A stretch of 64,000 bases of DNA from contig OZ320320.1 of the NCBI GenBank assembly GCA_976226885.1, positions 31,558,001-31,622,000 of the forward strand, read 5' to 3'. A program made the translations under genes and the position numbers. This document shows positions 50,218 through 62,452 of the stretch, piece after piece. The notes beneath the pieces were generated by a model that was given only the letters and a program-made list of their open reading frames with translations, was not told where the DNA came from and did no database searches. Origin of the DNA: Iphione sp. A-MEVVRFRX5 (Eukaryota). The first letter of the stretch is position 1. Every line of letters starts with the position of its first letter.

Positions 50218-50712
50218 TTGTGAACATGTTTGAAATCGTGCCACTGATTTCCACCCATTTTTAGTTTGTAAGGAGCTATGAACCAGCCTCTGGGGAGCTT
50301 CAGGACTTATTGAAGAATCTCGACCTAGAACAGAATAAACCACGTCCTCAGTCTTTCGAATTTATGTTACTGTCTGGTCTTATACAAGACCACAGTCATC
50401 CACAATAGTCTTACTATGCCCATCAGAATTTACCATTTATTCAAATCACCATGCAACATCCAAGCCCTACACCTACCCATATTCAAACTTCCTTACTTTC
50501 CCATTAATGTTTATTCCTAATGTTATACTCTGCAATCTAAACTCAACACTCCCTCAAACCGACTCATGCCATTTCGATCAGGCAACAAATCCGCTCTGCT
50601 ATGTTCATCCAAATTACTTACTTATCTATACTCAAATTGTATATACTCATCCCCCATTATTCCTGTAAAAGAATCGTAGTATTAGATCTGTATTATACAA
50701 AATGGTTACAAA

Positions 50713-53559
50713 ATGCTATACCTAATGGCTAAGGCCAAAGTCATTGATGAGACTATTCTCAATATTACACATCTGAATATACGCAGCCTAAAGAATAAGG
50801 TACCTGATCTATTAACTTTTCTGGCTGATCGCAAAATAGATATCCTGATTTTAACTGAAACTTGGATGGTTCCAGATATTGGAAACAGTTGTATTGCAAT
50901 TCCAGACTACCAGATAATCAGACAAGATAGGACCTATGCAATTGGCGGGGGCATTTTATGCTATGTGAAAAGTAGCGTCCATGTCGATTCCAGCTGGTCT
51001 CATAACTTAAATCGTAATACCATGGACTTAGAGCTATTATGGTTAAAGATTAAATCCACTAATAAACGTGAGATATTTCTAGCTGGCCTGTACCGCCCAC
51101 CAAAAGGCAATATTCATAGATGCCTTGATACCCTAGATAACGTCCTAGAAGAGATCGACCCATCTTTAAATGACATTATAGTTGTTGGGGACTTCAATAT
51201 TGATATCCTAAATAAGACCAGTGGTCCCACAAACGACCTAATCCACTTCTGCAGGAACCTAAATCTAATTCAACCATTTCATACTCCGACAAGATGTACC
51301 ACACACTCAAATACGTGCATTGATCTCGCATTGCTTACACACAAATGTAGATTCAAAAGTTCTATTCGTAAAACTTATATAAGTGATCACTATGCCATAT
51401 GTATCGACTTGAAAATGTCTAGAGAATTCAAACCATGTTTAAAACATATGTATCGGGTATGGAAAACTGGCCACACCAATTGCTTTGTATCAGTTGCAGT
51501 CAAGCATGACTGGTCTCATTTCTTCCTTCGCAGAGACCCTGTATACTGCCATACTCTATTATATTCATTTATCTGCTCTAACATTGATGAAATAAGCCCG
51601 CTGAAACAATCCAATCAACAAACTACTAACAATGCCATCTGGATAAGTAATAGCTCACGTAGATTAATCTCAGAAAAGAATGCACTATTCCGTTCAGCAT
51701 TAAGGCTAAAGAGTAAAAGCATGTTCCAACGAGCATGCTCCCTGAGAGATAAAATCACGATCGAACTAAAACGTGACCAGCGATCATATTATTCCAAATT
51801 GCTGCATGATAACAGCTCGAATCCAAAAAAATATTGGAACATTATCAGAAATATCCTCAATCCAGCAATTGATAATAATCCGCCACTACTCACTGAAGGA
51901 ACCATACAACTATCATGCTCTGAATCAGCAAACAAGTTTAATCAACATTTCAGTATCATAGGGCATTGCCGGTATGATCTAGACAGCCCACTAATCTTAA
52001 AAGGGGTGAAGGTACCAGACAACGAGCTTTCTCTAGAACCGGTCTCAGAAAATATAGTATCCAAATTGATCAAATTACAGAAGGACTCCAAACCGAGCGG
52101 CCTAAGAAATTGCTCAAGTAGAATCCTGAAGGACTGTCTAACAAATCTTTCTAGCCAACTATGTCATGTCATAAACAATTCAATTACCACTGGAATTGTA
52201 CCCCCTAGCTGGAAAAAGGCAGAAATCACTCCCTTGTATAAAGGTAAGGGTAGTCGCAGTGATCCAAACTCTTACCGTCCAATCAGTGTCCTACCAATGG
52301 GAAGTAAAATTTTAGAAAAGGTAGTTCAAACACAGATACTAACACATCTTGAACGTAATAGGATACTAATTGACAACCAGTACGGATTTAGAGCTGAACG
52401 TTCCACGATGCATGCGATCAACGATGTACTCAACTACGTCTACAACGCCTTCAACGATGGTGAGCTGGTAGGCGCCCTCTTCGTCGACTTCAAGAAGGCC
52501 TTCGACAGCCTACAACATCAGGTCTTGCTTAAGAAACTGAATGAACTTCGCTTTGGTAATGCTACATCATGGATTGCTAACTACTTATCAGATAGACAGA
52601 TCAGTACCAAGATAACAAACATCTACTCAGATCCAATTAGTGTCAATGTAGGAGTGCCCCAAGGAAGTATCTTGGGGCCGACATTGTTTAGTATTTTCAT
52701 CAATGATAGCATTGCCGTAGTTAGAAAATGTCACTGTGTTCTTTATGCCGACGATACAGTCTTATTGTTTCGCCACCGGGACCCGAAGGTAATTGAAAAT
52801 GTACTAAATGTTGATGCAAATTCACTAAGCAATTGGTGCAACTCGAATGGTATTTGTATCAACGAAAAGAAGACCGAGGTAATGCTCTTTGCTACATCGA
52901 GAAGTATGAAAAAAGACTCAAAATTACAGATAATAATAAACGGAAAGGAGATCAACCAAGTCAGGTCTTTCAAATATCTAGGTGTGACATTGGACAGGTC
53001 ATTAAACTTTGATGAAGAAATGTCTGTAAAAATTAAGAAATCTTATGGGTTATTGCATCTTCTACGACATGTACGATCTCTGTCAAATGAAAAAACTGCT
53101 ATGCTGGTTCTAAAATCGTATTTTATTCCAAATCTGGATTATTGTTTAGGCAGTATGCATTGCTATAAGTCGAAACACTTCAAATATCTGGAAAAACAAC
53201 TGATAAAAGCAATCCGTCTCGCAACTCGTAATTATAAAGACTGCATATCAGATATAATGTGTAAGCACCGAATTCTCCCATTTGAATATCGAAGCAACTA
53301 CTACTCTCTTTGTACCCATCATAGAATTTTGCATGAAGAGTATTCTGCCTTGTTAATATCAACTAATAGACATAATCCATGTATCCCGTGTAGAAAACCA
53401 AATATAACATTGTATAGAAACAATCCAGCTTATTTTGCCGCTAACCTCTGGAATTCTCTGGAAAAGGAGGTAAAAAGACTAGACAAATTGATGTTCAAGA
53501 AAAGAATGAAACAATTACTCTTCAACAAACTCGTATCAAATAATTGGAGAGTCTCATAA
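50713..53559 (+). CDS. LINE ORF2: apurinic-like endonuclease plus reverse transcriptase
   Basis: 948 aa with no stops. APE motifs HLNIRS, LTETW, GGGI, YRPP, GDFNID, CIDL, SDH. RT motifs YRPISVL, QYGFR, DFKKAFDS, GVPQGSILGPTLF, YADD (52744-55), KYLGVTLD. Confidence 0.97.
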   Translation: MLYLMAKAKVIDETILNITHLNIRSLKNKVPDLLTFLADRKIDILILTETWMVPDIGNSCIAIPDYQIIRQDRTYAIGGGILCYVKSSVHVDSSWSHNLNRNTMDLELLWLKIKSTNKREIFLAGLYRPPKGNIHRCLDTLDNVLEEIDPSLNDIIVVGDFNIDILNKTSGPTNDLIHFCRNLNLIQPFHTPTRCTTHSNTCIDLALLTHKCRFKSSIRKTYISDHYAICIDLKMSREFKPCLKHMYRVWKTGHTNCFVSVAVKHDWSHFFLRRDPVYCHTLLYSFICSNIDEISPLKQSNQQTTNNAIWISNSSRRLISEKNALFRSALRLKSKSMFQRACSLRDKITIELKRDQRSYYSKLLHDNSSNPKKYWNIIRNILNPAIDNNPPLLTEGTIQLSCSESANKFNQHFSIIGHCRYDLDSPLILKGVKVPDNELSLEPVSENIVSKLIKLQKDSKPSGLRNCSSRILKDCLTNLSSQLCHVINNSITTGIVPPSWKKAEITPLYKGKGSRSDPNSYRPISVLPMGSKILEKVVQTQILTHLERNRILIDNQYGFRAERSTMHAINDVLNYVYNAFNDGELVGALFVDFKKAFDSLQHQVLLKKLNELRFGNATSWIANYLSDRQISTKITNIYSDPISVNVGVPQGSILGPTLFSIFINDSIAVVRKCHCVLYADDTVLLFRHRDPKVIENVLNVDANSLSNWCNSNGICINEKKTEVMLFATSRSMKKDSKLQIIINGKEINQVRSFKYLGVTLDRSLNFDEEMSVKIKKSYGLLHLLRHVRSLSNEKTAMLVLKSYFIPNLDYCLGSMHCYKSKHFKYLEKQLIKAIRLATRNYKDCISDIMCKHRILPFEYRSNYYSLCTHHRILHEEYSALLISTNRHNPCIPCRKPNITLYRNNPAYFAANLWNSLEKEVKRLDKLMFKKRMKQLLFNKLVSNNWRVS

Positions 53560-53750
53560 ACAAAGTCACTGCTAAATTCTAAGCATTAATAACTTGCATT
53601 TTATGTATACAAAATCTAGCTCTTGTAGAATCTTCTTCACCCTCATCTCTGTACATATGTATATAGCTGTATTCATTTACTGTAAATACTGAACTGTTCT
53701 CTGAATGTTGTATATAGAATTTTCATGAGCAATTCTTGTTGTAGTACACG

Positions 53751-53801
53751 CTGGCACCATTTGGATTGCCAGGATAAATAAAATTTGAAAAAAAAAAAAA
53801 A
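53751..53801 (+). terminator. LINE 3' terminus: stem-loop, polyadenylation signal and poly(A)
   Basis: CTGGCA (53751-56) pairs with TGCCAG (53767-72), followed by AATAAA at 53777-82 and A14 at 53788-801. Confidence 0.8.
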
Positions 53802-56800
53802 TTCTAATTGCCTGACTCGTCCAGACTATTTGTTTAAAATATAACAAATACTACTAATATAAGGAACCCCTCACCCATCTAGTACTTCCCCATCATAAGC
53901 GTAGTCATTTGGTACTAACCTGTTTGGCAATAAAGAGGAGATACTATATTTCGAACATGGTTTGTTGAAACACTCTCTGCAACTCACACTGAACAATGAC
54001 ATGTTTTGCCATAGGACTAACCATAGACAAAGACAGTTCTTTTAGGAAAAGGTCTCTTTAGGGATACATTTTTAAGATTATTTCATTGACATGCGACTTT
54101 CGCTTGCCAAGTCAGCAACGTAATATACATATTAATCAGTGGCAATGTGAATCGAAGAGCTTTCACCTCAGATTAAATCTTTTGGTTACAAAATAGATGA
54201 TTATCATACAAATTAAATGGTTAAGTCATAAAACGTATCATTGACGTAATCGCTCTAACACAAACATATCAACATAGCAATTGTCTTTTACTATCAGATT
54301 ATAATCTTATATTCCCCTATGATAATATGAGCTATTAAGAGGGCTAAATTTCCTTCCATTTCCCGACGCCTTCAAAGTACGTACCACCATGTTCATTTGT
54401 AAAATGAGACTCTTCTCAATTATTAACTTCCAGTTTCCGCTCCACCGAATCTTCAGTATGTGTCCTCGTATTTACCTAATGCACGCACTAATTGCTCTGA
54501 GGTAAGTGACACACAGCTGAGCTTTAGATATATGAGGCATGTTAAATAAGCAGCTATTAGGTTTTAATTTTCACTGCGCTGAGCGACGAACTCGGATCAA
54601 CGCCCCTGTCATGTAATTCCGGTGTCACAACCTGGAATATGATAGCCTAATGGTGGCTTGAAGCTTTGTCTCATCAACAAACTGGGAATGGCACAGAGAT
54701 GGATTCTTTTACTAGGTGGCGGTGTCACACCTCGGTTGGCCCTACCCGCTCCCCACCACCCGCCATCTGTCCGCACTCCTTAGATCGTCCTATGCACATT
54801 ATTGATATTGATCTTTGGCACTCATATCCAAAATGGACGTCTCGCTCTTTTCGTCAGTGGAGACGAAGTAGAAGTAGAACAGTCTCATTGTGGAGGTAGA
54901 TTCTGCCTTAAGAAGTAGGTTAGCCTGAGATTCCGGCTTCTCTGCCAGTTTGACTCTTTACAGCTCTCGGCATGTCTTTTGGCATGATTTGTAGGCCAAC
55001 TCGCCAGGACCTGGTTACAACCATCATAAGAGAAAAGTCTCACCCTACGTTATCCTCCGAACTATCTCCGAAAGTACATTGCAATACGTTTAATTTCCAT
55101 CAGAACGGCCTGTTATAATATGGTTCATCCATGGAGAAAATCGATTCCAAATTGATTCACTCACGTAGTATTTTTCATCTAAACTTTATCCTTTACTCAG
55201 GATGTCAGCGTAGTTTATCGTACCGAATACACCCCCTCCCAATCACACTACGATGATTATTTGGCAGCCCAAAGTAAAGAATGATAATGTTCTGAAGAGT
55301 TACCGTTTCCTAAAATACATTGTTGCTACAGTCCGCCTCTAGTTAGATTATCATCAGTTCACTGCCACCGCCCAGCCCATGTGTCTCCTCGCTTTCCACA
55401 GCTTCGACCTACTTCTGCAAGTCTTCCTGTCGCCATTCGCCGCCTAGATTACCCACTTCCTAAACTCCTCACGACTCCAATCGCTCTTGATTTATCAATT
55501 TCGTAAACTCCATTCATCTGGATCCTCTCTGTTTATCCCTCCACTTGAGAAACTCCTTTGTCGTCTTACCTTCCAATAATTCCAGACCTATTGAGGTGCA
55601 TCTGCGCTCTTTCAACTCTAATCCTGCTGGGCCTAACAGCGCGTGTGTTTTCTAGTTTCTCCGCGCCTTTCGTACCCTTCGCCGGTCTTCCGTTGTGGAA
55701 CGTTTTCTATTTCTCTATCACCGTATTTCAATTTTTCTCCAACCCCTTCCTATCACACATCACTCTCTGTCCCTTCGCCCTCTCTATCTGAAATGTTCTC
55801 TTTCTGTCTTTTTTCCCTATCATGCACGCACACGCACGGACAAATCAGGTTAAACAATGGAGTAGGCTGTCGTTAGGGCTTGGCGTCAAAGACAACCACT
55901 CCAGCCTAAGCATATATCACGAGGAAACACACACCTCCCCACCGTAGAGATAGGATAGTGAAGGCGTCTCCCATCCCTCTGCTACCCCGCCTACCAGTCG
56001 CAATGATAGATGGAGACAGCTGGGAGGAAGGGGGTTAGTTTGGAGGAATTCTTCGATTCGGTGGGCCCCTTGTGGAGGCCATGGTACCTTTTAAATGTCG
56101 AGCTACATAACTATGGCTGATGCGCCGGGATTGAAAAAAGGCTCACAGATCGATACTACCTCCCCATAAGAAAGGTCAGCAGCGACCTTTCACTGAAAGA
56201 GAACAAGGACAGGGATGGTGTTTGGGGAGGGGGTGTACAAGGGCAGAGGGGAAGAAATAGGAAGAGGGAGAAAAAAGAGATGATATGTAAAGAGAGAAAG
56301 ATGAAGGTTGGAAGTAGGACTAATTGGAAGGAGGAGGGGAAGGGAAAGATGATGTATTAAACAAAACGGCATGAGGAAACATGTAAGCATATAAATGAAA
56401 GGAGAAGAGGAAGGGAAAGAGTGAAAAGGAAAAGAAGAACTGTCTGGGACAGAAACAAGTAAAATGAAGGGGACACGAAATGTTCCAATCCCAGAGGTGG
56501 TCTCCTAGGTGAGAGTTCTCTTTGATTAGATTTTGTAAAGTGTTTAGGAAGCATGTACGTAAGCACCAACACGCACGCACATAACGCTCATTTACAGGGT
56601 GCTGACTTACTGTCGGGATGCTGCAAGGCACTGTGGAGGGAAGGTCGAGTAGTAGGAACTACCTTCCATAATGAGCCCGACCTGTTCTCCGTGCCAAGGC
56701 TGGCGAGGCTCCCCCCTCCCATCTACATAATATTCAGCCTCCCATTCTTTCATCCAATCAGCATCGGATCAATTTGCACAGTTGATTGGCCTTTCTTATC

Positions 56801-59392
56801 CTAGCACTTGGGGCTTGCATATATCATTGTAGATGTAGATGTTTATTTATGTGTCTCGTGAAAATGTTCCGGAAGGCTAAAATAGAATTCTCATAAGACT
56901 GCCGAAAGATGCAGCATCCCTGTATTTCCCTCCACTGACATGACTTACACATAGGTTTGCCGTATGACAATTCAGAAAATGCACACATGTGTACAGACCA
57001 CTTGGGTTCTTATACAGTATAGTTCCGTTCTGAATCAATGTGCCTCTTCAGTGCATATTACATTTCGAAAAAAAAATCCTTTAACTTGCCATGATATGCT
57101 TTCCAAGATATTATCTATGATGGTAAAGAGTGTCATAATACATTATTTAAAAAATGTATAAATTTACATAAACCTAATATAAAGCCTATTTATGTTTGTG
57201 CAGAAATTATCCCTCAAATATTACACTGGCCTTCCGGGGACAAATTAATATCATCCCACACTAATGAGAAATTTGATCATCTCCCCTTCTATGTAAACTA
57301 TATATATAAATCATTCCCAACATTCTGCTGAGATTTTATGACTTGTCTCTATGAGTGTTCCAGGAAATGGGTCTAGTTAAGCCTACCTTGGGCTGGTCAT
57401 GCTAAGCTCTACTGGTAAAGACACTGTATGCGCTGGATCAAACATTTGGGTGCAGCTTTCAGCCCTTCGCTCGGGCGATAAAAGGTCGTTTTTATAATGC
57501 AAACAAAAGGATGAAGATAAGGCGCTTGAGGTTGCCATGGATATCACAGGGTTGCAGCTGTAAAGGTTTTAGCTTAGCTTCTTGTTCTTAAACACGTGCG
57601 ACATGCACCTGGTTGCTATTTTTTATGGACATTAAAAACACTTTCACTTCGATTGGGACGGACACCTTTCACACGAACTCACAATAAGCAACATCTAGGT
57701 ACTGAATAACATACAGTCTAAGACCAATGAGAACAGTATTACGATGTCTAACATAAACAGAACATTTTGATTCAATTACGAACATCAGGGCGGTAGCTAT
57801 CCCTCTAAATGGGAGCATTCGTTTTCCCTTACATCTGAATCTGTCAAAGTTAGCGGGTTTACTCAAAATATCCCAATCTTTAACATTTTTCATCAATTGA
57901 CGGATCGCATGTAACATAGGAACATTCCGAAACTACATGTAGTATGATTCTGACGTATTTTTATCCACTTCCTCCGATAGGTTAATCACCTGTCTCAGCA
58001 AACAGCCAAAAGTGCATCATCACTAACAGTTTATTCCTTTGTCACCGCGTGCTGTGCGATCAGTCTATTGCCTAGAAAGCCTGCAAATCCTTCAAATGTC
58101 CATTTCAGGTTTAAATTGCTGGTATTTAGGTGGACCTTTGCAGCTTCTTGGGGGAGTTCGACGGACCCAACGGAAACCCATGTGACCCTAGTTACGGCAT
58201 AGGACCTTAAGACAACATCCAACATGAATATACCCCCAAAATTGTCAGCACGGAACAACCGGAACTGAAAAACCGCCCTCATCAAGATCGGATACACGTA
58301 GCCATATCTGACAGATGCAAAACAAAAAGTGTGCAATATGTCATATGTGGTGTCAACATTATATTAGAAAATTCGGCAATTAATAGGTCGGTCTTGTTTT
58401 GCTTTTATCACTCCATATAAAGGTGCATTTGCCTTGATATGAACAAGTAATATACATCTCCAAAAGTGCTGATAATCTAAGTAGGTTTTTTTTTTTACCG
58501 TGAATGTGTGTTGCATGCATGTTTGCATGCATACGTGTGGGGAAATATATATAAATGTGCCGATGTATTTCCTTGAGTCCAGTGTATACATGCATATTTT
58601 TTTTCGTGGAGTTTCTGATGTCAAATACATGAGAAATGTCATGCAAAGACAAACCCACACCAATGAGGTATGACAGTGAGGCTTAGGTATACATATACAC
58701 ATATACTGATCACTTTGCTGGTCATTTACATAGGAACCAAACGGTTTATGGAATTATGACACCTTTTAAACACATTTGTGCAACAAATGTATCATTTACA
58801 TAGTAATGGCTGAATTTACATACATACCTTGAGAGAAGGAGAGAAAGGCTGGGAGGATGAGGGGAAGACAAAGGGAGAGTGCAATGCACTCCTGAAAAAT
58901 CCCGATGTGGTAGGATGTGGAAAACTATACTAAAACAACATTCTCTAACACACACCAATAACTGCAATCATGAAAACATGTCCGAAGTGTAAAAAAATAA
59001 TTCTATTGCATCTACCAGAAAGCTTAGAAATACACTGAAAATGAGCACACTTCAAGGGGCAGGGGCTTACTACCTGCCTGCTTTTCCCAAACCTGCGCCA
59101 AATCAACAGCTTCAAATACTACTTATGTTGCCCTGTTTCTTCCACTTCTCATAGCTCTGTTCAGTAACCTACCCCTTACTTTCCTATTTTCAAATATGCG
59201 TTGACGTTTGCACAGGACGGTTACCTAATACATGGTATGCACCATTTATATACATACATATCTCAGATAAAAGTACGTTTACATATATATATACAAAATA
59301 TATTATCATTTGAAATTCGGCTTTCCATAACTCGGTAGCATGCACACTGTTAGGTCTAGCTTCGTTTAAATCAGATACATAAATATATGAGA

Positions 59393-59398
<6 letters not shown>

Positions 59399-59426
<28 letters not shown>
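59399..59426 (+). repeat. (AG)14 microsatellite
   Basis: Perfect run. Confidence 0.95.
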
Positions 59427-59430
<4 letters not shown>

Positions 59431-60254
59431 GGGGTGAGAGAAAGGCTAAAATATGCATTAACTTTCTTCAACTGCCTACAAAACATTACTCTGCCATCGT
59501 CGCGCTCAACATCTCTAATTGTGATCCCCTTTTCCTAATACATGTTCACTCCTCCTCTGAGTTTCTTCTATTGCAGAAGCACCAACAATTTTTCTCTCAT
59601 ATGTCTTTTTTCCCTATTACACGGCTCGAAGCCCTGTTTTTTTCTGCATCTCCAAATCGCCGTCCCTTCCTCACTTGCATCTCATCTCATAATGACCTAA
59701 TTCACAGCCAGGCAACGAGGACGCCTAAAACACAGAACTAAGTTCAGACGGAGAAAGAAGACTTGGCCGGTGTATATTGGGAAGACAGCTAATTTGATAA
59801 CAACAGTGAGCAAAAAAAGGACAAAGCGGACAAGAAACGAGATGCGTTACTGATAGCTTGCCTTTAAATGTGCTGCAATTCGTACTGCAGGAAGTAGAAA
59901 CTAAGAGAGGAAAAGGTAAGTGTGAAAGCCTTTTAGTATCCTATTTTAAGCCCTTCCTCAGTCACTTATTCCAGCTGCATTTTTTCTTCCCAACATGCTC
60001 TTGCTGTCAGCCTCACACAGGCGCCTGTCTTTGAAATCAGCAGCAGTTGTCCACTGTTTTTCTTCGCTAAAGAAATGTTTTATTATCCTTCTTTATCTTT
60101 TCTTTACAGCACAGCTATGTGGCATAAGGGCGTGCCACTGCTGGGTACGACGGCCACAGCCCAGGCCTAGCGTGGACATTGATAGGCTCCTTAATGTGAG
60201 GCTTGCATGGCGTTTGTAGTTGAGATCTATTCCTGGGTTTGACGAGCACAGGAA

Positions 60255-60258
<4 letters not shown>

Positions 60259-60286
<28 letters not shown>

Positions 60287-60332
60287 CCCCTCTCTTTCTC
60301 TCTCTCTCTCTCCCTCTTTTGCTCTCTCTCTC
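60259..60332 (+). repeat. Interrupted (TC)n microsatellite
   Basis: Direct observation. Confidence 0.9.
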
Positions 60333-60849
60333 TGCCCTTGACCCTCTACACTCCCATTGCCTGCCTGTCAGGCCTCCATTATTTTCTAGTGTGCTCACGA
60401 TGATCACAAGTATAGATGGAAAATATTCAGCCCACGCCACACCTATTCGCCCTCCCACCCCTCACTGCGAAATGCATATCAACTTCTGTGGGTTTTTTCC
60501 CTATTAGGAAAGTTAAGCATTTTTTAAATCACTTTCAGCACCGCCGTATTGATGTCTGATTTGAAAAGGTTTGTTGTACATGGCATGAGCAAAACTTAAG
60601 TGATTTTGCGTGATTACATGCTCTTACTATGCTCTATACAACGTCTAGTTCTACGTTAATATTTATAAACAACAACTCTGACACTTATATGATTTAGAAA
60701 ACAAAGCTTCTATAAGCATGTTTTAATGAACTCTACATTGTCCTTGAACAAGGCTCCCTCTATTGATGCATTTGGCATGAATGGACCACATATAGATACT
60801 TGCACCAAAACGAATAAAGCCTACCATGAAATATCCGAAATGGTCGGTT

Positions 60850-61800
60850 ACAGTGAAGTTTGTCCAGATAGATAAACATTTGCATGAGCGACACAATCTA
60901 TACTTGAATAAAATACAGATGGATTCAGCTACAGATGTTGTTCTCTTGACCTGTTGGGATCAATCGCACTCAGGACAGCAGGCAAGATTGTATGTTGTTA
61001 TGCGATTTAGGTCAGTAGCTGTAAGGGATTGCGTCCAGGACCATTGCCTGCCTACCCTGGATCCTATGCGTCTTCGGCTAGAAAGTAACAGTGAGCAGAT
61101 TAGCATTGACCGCCTGAGAGCAGCTTGGAGTCCGGCCTGTAAACCTCAGCTCACCTGGGGGGTATAGGGTTATACTGGCCATAGTGTCCCATTTGACGTC
61201 CTGGCAAAGCTGAGGTTATTTCGATGTGAGAGGGTTATGCCACTAGGGACGAAGGGCCTCCCAGATTCATAGCCAGGGGGCGTAGTTGTCGTTATGATAA
61301 ATCGAGAAGAGCAGAAGCAGGCTTATAGTGGACGTTTTCGTGAAGCAAGCATTCTACCCTTGATCAGCACGTTACAACGTAAAGGCGGAAAGCCTCAGGG
61401 ATGCAGTCAGGGCGGTCAATAGGATCATTATAGTGAGAGTCGGAAAAATCCTGTTACAAAATATATCTCGTCCGAGTCCTTTTTAGGTATCTACGCAAGT
61501 ACCAAACGAATGTGTGTACCCGAAACTGTCAGTATAGAGGATTGTCTATCCACCTGTGGAAAAGGTATCCTACCTCAAGGGTTGCCATGGTGATTCATGG
61601 TGGGATTGGCCCTAAATCTCTTTCTGCTATGTTTCCGTATATGGAGAAAGACTTGCATATAACTTGTGTTGAATTTATTGTATTTAAGTTTATAGTGGTA
61701 GTAAAGACGGTGACAAGTTTGTTAACGCCTATGTTTGACGCCCCTTTCGTGTTTCTTTAATTTGTAGAGTTAGCTGAAAAGTTAAAAAGTAAATAACTAG
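60850..61800 (-). mobile_element. Possible decayed I/Nimb-clade LINE relic (RNase H to C-terminal Cys/His region)
   Basis: Fragments GPIPP*ITMA...DNPLY*QF...YIL*QDFSDS and later LCRSCKC...FTVTDHF loosely fit the PPW...YTDGS...CCHC order. Weak. Confidence 0.3.
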
Positions 61801-62452
61801 GTATGGTACCTGAGGAGGACTTGGATAGGTTCTTGTATGAGCCGAAAGCAAAAACATTCGGGATTTTTTTTATCCTGATCTACCTTAGCTTATAGAAATA
61901 GGGCGCTTTGCCTCCAAAACATCACCACATCGCAGATTGGTGTAGCCGTACTCTATAGTATCTACTGCAGGTCGATCATAACATCAACTCCGGCACGGCT
62001 CGTAAAAAAACTAAAGTGCTCCTGGGGCAACGACCTGCCCCCGAGCTGGCCCGTGGGGTTAATATAAGCATGTAGAACATTCCCGCCGAGATTGTTTCTA
62101 TTGGGACCGGTACGAGCGGTGGTTGCCAGCCCGATGGAGATGGATACACCCTGTAGCGAGGGCGTCTATCGTCCCTGCTCGAGCCTTGGCAAGCTGAGGA
62201 GAGCAGCTCAAAAAGAGACGTTCAGGTTGCAATTAGGCAACCGAGCTGCCCTGTGTACCAGAGGGTCTGTGTGTATTGAATAGTATGCCGAAAACCTGGA
62301 CAGTAAGCAGGTGGAATCTAGGATGTGTACGATGTGGAGGAAGGGGCAGTAGATAGAGGTCAGACGATGGGTGGAGGTTTAAGAACATGTGTAGAAAATG
62401 CCATACCAAAGGACAGATAATGGAGACAATGGACAGGAGATAAAAGGAAACT

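Larger units (their letters stand above)
47200..53801 (+). mobile_element. Near full-length non-LTR retrotransposon (CR1/L2-like group), about 6.6 kb
   Basis: ORF1-type region, APE-RT ORF2 with no recognisable RNase H or CCHC finger, 3' stem-loop, AATAAA (53777-53782) and A14 (53788-53801). The 5' boundary is approximate, set at the shift from AT-rich flank to a CpG-containing leader. No convincing target-site duplication. Confidence 0.93.

Noticed and set aside
61133-61160. Minus-strand cccccAG|GTGAG, another ratchet-point-like motif
   Set aside because: Poor pyrimidine tract, lies within a probable repeat relic, and it is unknown whether this region is transcribed as part of the gene.
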